A stretch of 60,360 bases of DNA, counting the filler. It is 4 parts of 4 records of this genome, joined end to end, with 100 filler letters (N's around TTAATTAATTAA, not from the genome) between each part and the next. Parts side by side here need not be neighbours in the genome. Positions count along the whole stretch, not along the records: positions 41,858 to 54,656 come from SRR31156797_465; positions 54,757 to 60,360 come from SRR31156797_478; 2 more parts are not named here. One strand, 5' to 3'. A model generated the notes under the pieces. The model saw only the letters and a list, made by a program, of their open reading frames with translations, ran no database searches and was not told the origin of the DNA. Each line of letters begins with the position of its first letter. Positions within the stretch are counted from its first letter, which is position 1. Below are positions 51,980-60,360 of this stretch, piece by piece. A program made the translations under genes and the position numbers.

Positions 51980-53107
51980 TTAAACGCCGGATCCAGTAGC
52001 TTTGACCGTATCCATAATCAGATCAACAGTCTCTTCAAGTTCACCCACCCGAAGTCGCCAAGCGAACGCCCCCCCCAAAAGCGTGGCACACTCCCATAGC
52101 CTGGCGGTACATCCCTCAGCAGGCAAATAAGTGTCGACAGCTTCCATATGCCGCAAAAGGTTGAAGGCCGCTTCATGGGTAGGGATTGATTCCATCACTG
52201 GTTTGCGCCTGAAATCCGGTTGTGCCCGATCCGATCTAAAAACGCTCTTTATGGCCGATCTGTGCAGGGATATCTGTTCGCGGATTTCCCCGGTCAAACC
52301 CAATTTTTTCGGATACCGAATCCATACTTCCTGACTCCCCTGTCCCACCATATCGATCTCCACGCCCGAAAACGATCGAAGCGCGCCCAGTAGAGCACCT
52401 CCCGAACCATTCTTCAGGAAAATGTGGAACTGCTGATCTCCAGAATTGCAGTTCATGTCATCCAGGCACATGACCCAACCAACGGGACATGACTTTAGCC
52501 CAAATAAGCTGCCGGGGAGTTGCTCCAGAGCAACGGATGTTTTATCATCCCATCGCAACGGCTCTTTTCCCGCACTCGATTGAACCAATCGTGGTGTTCT
52601 GGGAAATGGGTGTGCTCTGCGGCTAATTTTGTGAATGGGGCACGTGTCATCAGACATGAACCGGAATCCCCTTTTCAAGAGTTCGAACACCAGCGTCGTC
52701 TTTCCGGCCCCCGGATGTCCTGCCAGAATAAGGGCGGAACCATTGTATTCGACTACGCCTGCATGCAGAAACATAAAATCCTCTATCTCTAAAAAGACTG
52801 CATTAATAATTTGCAGCAGGCTCCAATTGGAAGGTGTGTGGTGATCCGACTGGGATTGGTACTGGATAACCGGATTTAAGGATTTTAGGTCAGTATTGGT
52901 ACCGATCCGGGTTCTTTCAAGATAAGGACGTCCTTTTTGAAGGATAACGGAAAAACCGAGCCCATGTCCATGTCTAGACGACGGAACCCGAAACCACCCA
53001 TAGGCCTCATCGAATCGAGAAATAAATTCAGTTGAATCCGAGGTAAGCGTTAGAAAAAAATCCAGAATTCGGTAATGAGCTTCATACAATTTGGAGATCT
53101 CCTTCAT
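51980..53107 (-). CDS. HPr kinase-related P-loop kinase
   Basis: FLHAGVV...ILAGHPGAGKTTL...FMSDD...HPFPR. Real start is likely ATG 53107 or TTG 53089 (AAGGAG RBS, overlapping the rSAM stop) rather than 53284. Confidence 0.8.
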   Translation of the reverse strand: MKEISKLYEAHYRILDFFLTLTSDSTEFISRFDEAYGWFRVPSSRHGHGLGFSVILQKGRPYLERTRIGTNTDLKSLNPVIQYQSQSDHHTPSNWSLLQIINAVFLEIEDFMFLHAGVVEYNGSALILAGHPGAGKTTLVFELLKRGFRFMSDDTCPIHKISRRAHPFPRTPRLVQSSAGKEPLRWDDKTSVALEQLPGSLFGLKSCPVGWVMCLDDMNCNSGDQQFHIFLKNGSGGALLGALRSFSGVEIDMVGQGSQEVWIRYPKKLGLTGEIREQISLHRSAIKSVFRSDRAQPDFRRKPVMESIPTHEAAFNLLRHMEAVDTYLPAEGCTARLWECATLLGGAFAWRLRVGELEETVDLIMDTVKATGSGV

Positions 53108-54470
53108 CCGGCAATGAAAGAATTCGGTCAAAAGCCTTCCGGTATTGGTTTCGGCGATAATCGCAGAAATCATCGGTATCCCAAATGGTACCTTTATGCT
53201 CCAAAGCCATCGCCATACATCCTCCCTGGCAAAGATTCCGTGGCGGACATGAAGCGCATCGGTCGATCGTAAACCGCCGATCAAGGAGTGCCTGGCAGAT
53301 TTTTTTCAGGGAACTGCCACCACAGATTTGTTCCAATGTTTGCTCGTAGACACTGCCGAGATGAAAATCCGGCCTCATCATAATTGAACAAGGAAAAACG
53401 CCTCCCTGGGTATCCACAGCCAGGAGTTGTCCCATGGGGCACCAAATGGCATCACCGGTCCGATCGGGGATCGCCAACATGAACCCATTTAACCCGCAAC
53501 TTATATCGGTAGCTTCTCCTCGGTTTTCTTTCTTGACAAAGTCATAAAACCGTTCGATTTCCTCCCTGCCCAGCCTTTCACCGATATCACGCCAGCAGCC
53601 GATAGCATTACCCTGTTTGCGAAGTGGAAGAAACCGCGCCAAGGGTACACCCATCTCTTCGGCCAAGCGAACAATCTGGGGAAGATCGTCAATGTTGGAC
53701 CGCATAACCGTTGTCGCAATGTTGAGTCGATCACCTAATCCAGCCCTCTGCAGTAATCCCAGGGCCCGGATTGCCTTTATAAAACTTCCTTTTCCCCTAA
53801 TGGCATCATGAATAGGGGGTGCAGATCCATCGATGCTCACCTGAACCTTAACCCCGTGATCCGCAAGAAATGCCGCCAAATCCTGATCCACCAAGATACC
53901 ATTGGTAAGCAACTGAACTTCCAAGGCATCCGCAGCGTGCGCAATAATTTTTCGAATTTCCGGATAAAGCAGCGGTTCCCCGCCACTTAATGTAACGGAA
54001 CGCCCACCCAAAATTTTTAGCTGGTCTATTAGGCCGTAAACAACTTCATAAGGTAGAGACGTGACCGCTGGATGATCGAAACGACTGCCAGCGTAGCAGT
54101 GAACACAGGAGAGATTACAGCATTTTGTCAGTTGAAGAAAAAGCGACCTCATTTTAGGTAGTCGGTGGCTCGCTTTCAGGTCTTCGGAATCCAAAAATCC
54201 TGCTGTTAAAAGCGATTTCTGGACGCTTAAAACATCCTTCAGCGCAACATCCGGTGAAATATTGTACTTACGGCAGCAATATTCCACAACCGTTTTCAGG
54301 ACATCCCCACCAAGGAGCTTGGAAGAGATGAACTGTGCTGTTGAATTCATTACAAGCCAACGGGGAGCAAAGGGATGAAATAGTATTTGTTTTTTCCCAA
54401 AACCGTAGAAACAGACTTGTCTTTTATTTGATGCTTTCAAAAGAGAATCTTCTTTTGCTTTTTCAGACAA
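53082..54470 (-). CDS. Radical SAM/SPASM peptide maturase with N-terminal RRE (PqqD-like) domain
   Basis: RRE-like MNSTAQFI...YNISPDVALKDV. CNLSCVHC (CxxxCxxC), SGGEP, VSIDG. SPASM cysteines WCPMG...VFPC...CASC...LCQGGC...FC. Confidence 0.92.
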   Translation of the reverse strand: MSEKAKEDSLLKASNKRQVCFYGFGKKQILFHPFAPRWLVMNSTAQFISSKLLGGDVLKTVVEYCCRKYNISPDVALKDVLSVQKSLLTAGFLDSEDLKASHRLPKMRSLFLQLTKCCNLSCVHCYAGSRFDHPAVTSLPYEVVYGLIDQLKILGGRSVTLSGGEPLLYPEIRKIIAHAADALEVQLLTNGILVDQDLAAFLADHGVKVQVSIDGSAPPIHDAIRGKGSFIKAIRALGLLQRAGLGDRLNIATTVMRSNIDDLPQIVRLAEEMGVPLARFLPLRKQGNAIGCWRDIGERLGREEIERFYDFVKKENRGEATDISCGLNGFMLAIPDRTGDAIWCPMGQLLAVDTQGGVFPCSIMMRPDFHLGSVYEQTLEQICGGSSLKKICQALLDRRFTIDRCASCPPRNLCQGGCMAMALEHKGTIWDTDDFCDYRRNQYRKAFDRILSLPDEGDLQIV

Positions 54471-54656
54471 AAACCATTAATGACGTCCAAGAAACAATTG
54501 CTTAACGAACAAACTCCGATAGGCTTCTAACCTCCTGCGCCCAAATGGATTATGTAAAGAATTTTGTGCTGGGCTTCAAATCTCCGGGATGAATCTTTAA
54601 CATCTGCAGATTGACAGAACTGAGCTAACAAATCATTATCCTGGACCAGCATCACC

Positions 54657-54756
54657 NNNNNNNNNNNNNNNNNNNNNNNNNNNNNNNNNNNNNNNNNNNN
54701 TTAATTAATTAANNNNNNNNNNNNNNNNNNNNNNNNNNNNNNNNNNNNNNNNNNNN
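54657..54756. other. Artificial contig linker
   Basis: N44-TTAATTAATTAA-N44. Confidence 0.98.
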
Positions 54757-55509
54757 AATTTCAGCCATATTTTCAAAATAAGGTTTTATAATATCATTTG
54801 CTTTTAACTGATTGATTTGATTATTTATCTCTTCAAAATGTTTTTTTCCTGTTGCCCAGTATATTCTAATACCTGGAGTTTTATAAAGTTTAAGCCAGTT
54901 TTTTAATACTGCATCATTTATACTCTTAGCTCCAAGACTTCCTCCGGTAATTAATAGCATTCTCTCACCATCTTGAAGTTTTAATTTTTTTCTTTCTTCT
55001 TCTCTATCCAAATAATAGAACTTATCTCTAAGAGGATTTCCAAATACTTCTAATTTATTTTGATATTTAATCGGTGATTCTTCAAAAGTTTTATCAAAAG
55101 CTAAAAAAGTTTTTTTTGTAAATTTATAGAAAAATTTATTAGCTGAACCATATTTACAATTTTGCTCTTGTAGATAGATTTTTTTTCGTGTTAAAAATCC
55201 AGCTAAAATAACAGGAACCATTGTATAATTCCCAAAACCAACAACTGCATCAGGTTTTTCTTTTAATATCAGAAGTAATGATTTAATAAATGATTTAAAC
55301 AGTCTATATATTGATTTGAAATTATTAAATGGTTTGATATCAAGTCCTACAAATCGGTATCCTGCTTCAGGAACAATCTCCTTTTCCATTCTATATTTAC
55401 TTCCAACAAAAATTATATCTACTTCTTTCTTTTTAAACTCTTCTGCAACAGAAAGTGCAGGATATATATGACCACCAGTCCCACCGGTTGTTAATATCAC
55501 TTTTTTCAT
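54757..55509 (-). CDS. murG: MurG glycosyltransferase (truncated by contig edge)
   Basis: TTGGTGGHIYPAL, GFGNY, QEQN, GNPLR, GGSLGA. Confidence 0.96.
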
Positions 55510-55528
55510 TTTAATTCCCCATTTACAA

Positions 55529-56860
55529 TTATTTGGTCAGAAATTTTTCTACAATAAGTTTTTTGAATATTTTACCACGAACTTCATAATTTTTAAATTG
55601 ATCAAAACTTGAATGTGCCGGTGAAAATAAAACTATTTTATTTTGCAATTCATTTTTATTCATATATAAATCATCAACTACATTTTCTATTACTTCTAAA
55701 TTTTTAACTCTATCTTTCGAATATCCTGAAGTCAACAATAATTTTTCAAGCATATCCGCAGTTTCACCTATTAAAAATACTTTTTCGACTTTTTTAGCTA
55801 TACTATCAACCAAAGGTTTTAGATCAACTTTTTTATCTTTTCCTCCACAAATTAAGATTAAATCTTTAGGAAAAGCATTTACAGCTTTAATTGTTGAGTC
55901 TACATTTGTTCCTTTTGAATCATTTATAAATAAAGTGTTCTCCAGTTCTAAAAACTCTTCCATTCTGTGCTCTAGAGGTTTTGTTGTATAAAGAAACTCT
56001 CTTATTTTTGCTTCATTAATTTCTAACTTTCTAGCTATAGCAGTAATAAAAAGTATATTTTGTAAATTATGAACTCCTTTTAGAGCCAGTTTCTTAGTTT
56101 CTAAAAGTTTATTCTCACTGTTCTCTTTCTTTTCAACTAAATATCCGTCTTTAACAAAATAATCAGCTTCTTGACTATTTTTCAATGTTATATTTATTCT
56201 ATTTTTTATTTTTTCGATTCTTTTCAATATTTCCTGATCATCGATATTTACAATAAAAAAGTTATTCTCTATATTTTTTATAATATTAAATTTAGAGTCA
56301 TAATATTGCTCAATTGAATCATATCTATTTAAGTGATCAGGAGATAAATTAATTACTAAAGAGATATATGCTTTAAACTCTTTAATATTCTCCAATTGAT
56401 AAGAACTCAGCTCTATAACAATATAATCTAATTTTGTATTATCAAGAACAAGTTTAGAAAATGGAACTCCTATATTTCCTGCAAACTCAGCTCTATAACC
56501 TGAATAAGATAATAAATCCCTGATTTTGGAAGTTGTTGTTGTTTTACCGTTTGTTCCTGTTACAGCTATGATTTTTATATCTTTATTCATATATCTATAT
56601 GCTAACTCTATCTCATCTATTAATTCAATATTTTTATTTTTTTTAACTGTATTAACAAGTTCATTATATGGAATACCCGGACTTTTAATAAATAGTTCAG
56701 TATTCTCTAAATTCTTTAAAGCCCATTCAGAGTTTTTTATATTTCCATCTGTTTCTGCAGCTTTATCATCAACCATAACAACTTGATAAGATTTTTGCTT
56801 CAGCAATTCATATGCAGATCTTCCGCTAACTCCTGCACCATAAACCATTGCCTTTTTCAT
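55529..56860 (-). CDS. murD: UDP-MurNAc-L-Ala--D-Glu ligase
   Basis: KSPGIP, VTGTNGKTTT, ELSSYQL, PDHLNRY, NDSKGTN, SSFDQFKNYEVRG. Confidence 0.96.
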   Translation of the reverse strand: MKKAMVYGAGVSGRSAYELLKQKSYQVVMVDDKAAETDGNIKNSEWALKNLENTELFIKSPGIPYNELVNTVKKNKNIELIDEIELAYRYMNKDIKIIAVTGTNGKTTTTSKIRDLLSYSGYRAEFAGNIGVPFSKLVLDNTKLDYIVIELSSYQLENIKEFKAYISLVINLSPDHLNRYDSIEQYYDSKFNIIKNIENNFFIVNIDDQEILKRIEKIKNRINITLKNSQEADYFVKDGYLVEKKENSENKLLETKKLALKGVHNLQNILFITAIARKLEINEAKIREFLYTTKPLEHRMEEFLELENTLFINDSKGTNVDSTIKAVNAFPKDLILICGGKDKKVDLKPLVDSIAKKVEKVFLIGETADMLEKLLLTSGYSKDRVKNLEVIENVVDDLYMNKNELQNKIVLFSPAHSSFDQFKNYEVRGKIFKKLIVEKFLTK

Positions 56861-56873
56861 AAGTATCTCCTAT

Positions 56874-57962
56874 CTATCTTAATTTAAGAATAAGTAATCC
56901 CATAATTCCAAACATAATTGAAGTTATCCAGAATCTGGCTGTTACTTTTGTTTCAGGAAGTCCTTTTAATTCAAAATGATGGTGTATCGGTGCCATTTTA
57001 AATACTCTTTTTCCTCTCTTCTTAAAAGACCATACCTGAATTATTACTGATAATGCTTCTACTACGAACACAAAACCAACAACTCCAAGTAAAATCTCTT
57101 GTTTTAGAAAAATCGAAATAGTAGCTAAAATTCCACCAAGTGCTAAAGAGCCTGTATCTCCCATGAATATTTGAGCAGGGTAAAAGTTATACCACAAAAA
57201 TCCAAGTCCAGATCCCAGCATACTCGCCAAGAATACAGTTAATTCTCCAACACCTTCTATATAGTAAAGATTTAAATATTTACTCCATACAACATTTCCT
57301 GTGAAATAGGCTACAATTGCCATTACAAGCGATACAACCATAACAGGTACAATTACAAGCCCGTCAAGTCCATCTGTAATATTTACAGCATTTGAGCTAC
57401 CTATAATAACAAATGCAATAAATACTAACATAAGTATTCCACCGACATATAGATATGAATCCTTTAAAATAGGATTAACTATTGCAAAATTAAGCTTTCC
57501 TTCCAATAAAGGAAATTTGCTTATAAAACTCCAAATTAAAACTGCAACAACTAATTGACCTTTTACTTTTTTTCTTCCTGACAAACCTTTTTTGTTAACA
57601 GTAAATTTCTTAAAATCATCAACAAAACCTATGGCTCCAAGTAAAAGAGCTGATAACATTGTCATTAACACAAATCTATTTGTTAAGTTTCCTGCGATAA
57701 GATTCGTCATAATTATTGAAGTCAGGATCAACACGCCACCCATTGTAGGTGTTCCTTTTTTAGAATAATGTGTTTTTGGTCCTGATTCTCTTATATCATC
57801 ACCGATTTTTTTTCTTCTTAAAAAATTAATAAAAGGTTTACCTGCAAAAATTACAATTAAATATGATAAAAAGAATGCAATCATTGCTCTAATTGATATG
57901 TACCTAAATAATCTGGTTATTGAAATTTTCTCTATAAGCTCTAAATAAATCCAATATAACAC
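56874..57962 (-). CDS. mraY: Phospho-MurNAc-pentapeptide transferase
   Basis: KKGTPTMGG, NAVNITDGLDGL, FMGDTGSLALG, MAPIHHHFE. Confidence 0.97.
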   Translation of the reverse strand: MLYWIYLELIEKISITRLFRYISIRAMIAFFLSYLIVIFAGKPFINFLRRKKIGDDIRESGPKTHYSKKGTPTMGGVLILTSIIMTNLIAGNLTNRFVLMTMLSALLLGAIGFVDDFKKFTVNKKGLSGRKKVKGQLVVAVLIWSFISKFPLLEGKLNFAIVNPILKDSYLYVGGILMLVFIAFVIIGSSNAVNITDGLDGLVIVPVMVVSLVMAIVAYFTGNVVWSKYLNLYYIEGVGELTVFLASMLGSGLGFLWYNFYPAQIFMGDTGSLALGGILATISIFLKQEILLGVVGFVFVVEALSVIIQVWSFKKRGKRVFKMAPIHHHFELKGLPETKVTARFWITSIMFGIMGLLILKLR

Positions 57963-58010
57963 AGTATCTCCTCTTTTCTGAATAAATTGAAATTTAAAAA
58001 AATCAATTTA

Positions 58011-59300
58011 TCATCGTATTATTTGTTCTAATTTCATTCCTCTTGAACCTTTTAATAATACTGCTGTTTTTTTAGTATTTTCTGAAATTTTCTCTGAAAT
58101 TTCATCTCTAGTATTAAAATATAAAACCCCTGTTTCTCCCTTAAGTTTATTAAATAAACTTTCCATCTCTTTACCAAACAAATAAACTTCATCAATGTTT
58201 GATTTTAATATTATCTCAGCCAGACCTTCATGCATCTTCTGACTTTGCTTACCAAGCTCCAGCATGTCTCCAAGCACCACTATCTTATGCTGGTCATTAT
58301 AAAGCTTAGAATAAGTCTCAAGAGCAAATTTCATTGATACAGGACTTGCATTATAAGCATCATTGATAAATGTTAAATTGTTCTTTTCTATAATTTCAAA
58401 TCTCATGCCGGTAATACCTACTGCCATAAGTTTTTCTTCTACATCAACTAACTTTATTCCAAACTCTCTGCAAAGAAGTAGAGCCATTGCTATATTATAA
58501 ATATTATGCTCACCTATTAAATTTGTTTGAAACTCTTTTGTTTCATTTTCTAGTTCGATCTGAAATTTAGTTCCAGTTTCATTAATATTTATATCTTTAA
58601 TTATTAAATCATTTTTGGAGTTTCTACCGGATTTTATCGCATCTAAGTCTTTTAAAAACTCATCATCACCATTAACAATAAGTTTCTTCTTAATATATGG
58701 AATAACTTCTGTTTTAGCTTTAAATACATTTTCTCTGCTAATTAAATACTCTAAATGAGAATCACCAATATTTGTTATCATTGCATAATCAGGTAAAGCT
58801 ATCTCTGATAGCAGCTTTATCTCTCCAAATCCACTCATTCCCATCTCTAAAACCATGTATTCATCATCATCCTCTACTCGTAGCAGAGTCAGCGGTAAAC
58901 CTATATGGTTATTTAAATTCCCCTCTGTTTTTTTCCCTTTATATTTTAGCCCCAATAATTCATGCGCTATATCTTTAGTTGTTGTTTTACCATTACTACC
59001 GGTAATTGAAATAATTTTTGTTTCTATTGTTTTTCTATACTCATAAGCTATCTTTTGTAAAAATTCTATACTATCATCAGCATAGAAAGCTTTTGAGTTT
59101 TTTATTTCAAGATTTTCATCATCAAAAACAACATAAGCCCCTTTTTCCAGAGCCTCATTTACAAAACTATTCCCACCTCTAATAGCTATAAAAAGATCAT
59201 CTTTTTCTATTTTTCTACTATCAATAACAACATTTTTTATTTGTTCATTATTCAATTCAAAATAATTCTTTAAAACATTATTTAATTTTACTCTTCTCAT
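58011..59300 (-). CDS. murF: UDP-MurNAc-tripeptide--D-Ala-D-Ala ligase
   Basis: ITGSNGKTTTK, NNHIGLPLT, EMGMS, NDAYNASP, GDMLELG, KGSRGMKLE. Confidence 0.96.
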   Translation of the reverse strand: MRRVKLNNVLKNYFELNNEQIKNVVIDSRKIEKDDLFIAIRGGNSFVNEALEKGAYVVFDDENLEIKNSKAFYADDSIEFLQKIAYEYRKTIETKIISITGSNGKTTTKDIAHELLGLKYKGKKTEGNLNNHIGLPLTLLRVEDDDEYMVLEMGMSGFGEIKLLSEIALPDYAMITNIGDSHLEYLISRENVFKAKTEVIPYIKKKLIVNGDDEFLKDLDAIKSGRNSKNDLIIKDININETGTKFQIELENETKEFQTNLIGEHNIYNIAMALLLCREFGIKLVDVEEKLMAVGITGMRFEIIEKNNLTFINDAYNASPVSMKFALETYSKLYNDQHKIVVLGDMLELGKQSQKMHEGLAEIILKSNIDEVYLFGKEMESLFNKLKGETGVLYFNTRDEISEKISENTKKTAVLLKGSRGMKLEQIIR

Positions 59301-59485
59301 AATTTTAATTATCTTCCATTTTCTTAAAGTTATTTTTCAAAAGCCCCCACATTATATCATTTTTTTGCTCATTCAGCAAACATTGCATTAACAAGAAATA
59401 TATTATTTTTCAAGCGTTTGAGGCTTCATATCAAGTATTTTTTGTTTGTTATAAAATTCAAACTCTCAGAGGTCATTAAAATTAA

Positions 59486-60031
59486 TTACTTTTGAATATT
59501 CTGGGCAAAATCATATAAACTGTCAAAGATTTCAACATTATAACTTAATTTATTTATTTGATCTTTTCCATGCCCTGTTTTAACTAATACAGGTCTCATC
59601 CCAAGTCGTACTGCTGATTCAATATCTGAGATTTTATCACCAACAACAATTGATTTAGAAAAATCTATATCAAAGTCTTCTTGAGCTTGTAAAAACATTC
59701 CTAATTCAGGTTTTCTACAATTACAAATTACTCCATATTTTCCTTCAACTTTTGGATGATGAGGACAATAGTAATATGCGTCAACTTTTGCATCTAGCTT
59801 TTTTAATTCACCATCAATATGATTATGAAGTTTAACTACGTCCTCTTCTCCATAATATCCTCTCGCCACACCTGATTGGTTAGTTACTACTATAACTATA
59901 TAACCCAACTCATTAAATATCTTAATTGCTTCTTCTGCTCCTGTTTCAAATTCAAAATCTTCTGCTTTATGAAGATAATCTTTCTCAACATTTATATTTC
60001 CATCTCTATCTAAAAATACACATTTTTTCAT
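59486..60031 (-). CDS. gmhB: D,D-heptose 1,7-bisphosphate phosphatase (HAD family)
   Basis: FLDRDG, VTNQSG, YCPHHP, CNCRKP, GDKISD. Confidence 0.9.
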   Translation of the reverse strand: MKKCVFLDRDGNINVEKDYLHKAEDFEFETGAEEAIKIFNELGYIVIVVTNQSGVARGYYGEEDVVKLHNHIDGELKKLDAKVDAYYYCPHHPKVEGKYGVICNCRKPELGMFLQAQEDFDIDFSKSIVVGDKISDIESAVRLGMRPVLVKTGHGKDQINKLSYNVEIFDSLYDFAQNIQK

Positions 60032-60091
60032 CTAAATTTACTCCTTAATATTCGTTTTATTCTCAGCAAGTATAATTATAAGATAATATAC

Positions 60092-60121
60092 AAAAAACTC
60101 AAAACAAATGTTTTGAGTTTT
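60092..60121 (-). terminator. Terminator after metA
   Basis: AAAACTCAAAACA-AA-TGTTTTGAGTTTT inverted repeat. Confidence 0.65.
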
Positions 60122-60146
60122 ATTATAAATTTAAATTTTTCCTATT

Positions 60147-60359
60147 TTAATCAAGTATATATGGAGTTTCCTGATATACACAATAGTTTAACCAATTAGA
60201 AAAAATCAAATGTGCATGTCCCTTCCATCTTACTACAGGTTCATTTTTAGGATCATCATTTTTAAAATAATTTTTTGGAACCGCTATCTCCATTCCTTTA
60301 TTTATATCCCTATCATACTCTTTTTTAAGGGTATCTCTATCATATTCAGAATGTCCACT
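60147..60359 (-). CDS. metA: Homoserine O-acyltransferase, 3' end (runs off window)
   Basis: Manual translation: [18 protein letters not shown]...VPKNYF..DDP...[24 protein letters not shown], the MetA C-terminus. Confidence 0.93.
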   Translation of the reverse strand, partial: SGHSEYDRDTLKKEYDRDINKGMEIAVPKNYFKNDDPKNEPVVRWKGHAHLIFSNWLNYCVYQETPYILD

Positions 60360-60360
60360 A

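Noticed and set aside
53108-53284. ~200-nt overlap of the kinase ORF with the rSAM 3' end
   Set aside because: Longest-ORF artefact. A better start with an AAGGAG RBS lies at the rSAM stop.
1-60360. CRISPR arrays, IS/transposases, integrases, prophage genes, rRNA
   Set aside because: No regularly spaced repeats or matching protein motifs were seen on reading the window.

Overview
The window is not one locus. It is four unrelated contigs joined by artificial 100-nt linkers (N44-TTAATTAATTAA-N44), so adjacency across linkers has no biological meaning. (1) 1-26981, Desulfovibrionaceae/Pseudodesulfovibrio-like: carB (5' part), orphan feoA, a sigma54-preceded degenerate radical-SAM-like protein, metG, ricT/PSP1, an HDOD-MBL-CheY cassette, comEC, murA, tRNA-His, an MBOAT plus SGNH-like pair, a SYLF lipoprotein, selB, a tandem-duplicated FecR-domain/Sel1-lipoprotein module, M18 aminopeptidase, selA, folC and a truncated MCP. 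(2) 27082-41757, AT-rich and Arcobacteraceae-like: a signalling cluster (PAS/GAF kinase, response regulators, a membrane-bound CheA-like class III kinase with CheX and CheY), DUF58, gyrA, asd, yqhA and hemE. (3) 41858-54656, Desulfobacterota-like: tRNA-Phe fragment, hrpA, an ABC-2 exporter, and a co-oriented RiPP-like operon (RRE-radical SAM/SPASM, HprK-like kinase, gingipain/C25 protease, soluble S24/S26 peptidase, standalone PqqD). The operon's precursor is not seen and probably lies past the contig edge. (4) 54757-60360, Fusobacteriota-like: metA (3' end), gmhB, murF, mraY, murD, murG. The best candidate for an undescribed system is the rSAM-kinase-C25-S26-PqqD-ABC cluster, followed by the duplicated FecR-Sel1 module. 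Taxonomy and family calls come from reading motifs, not from database searches.
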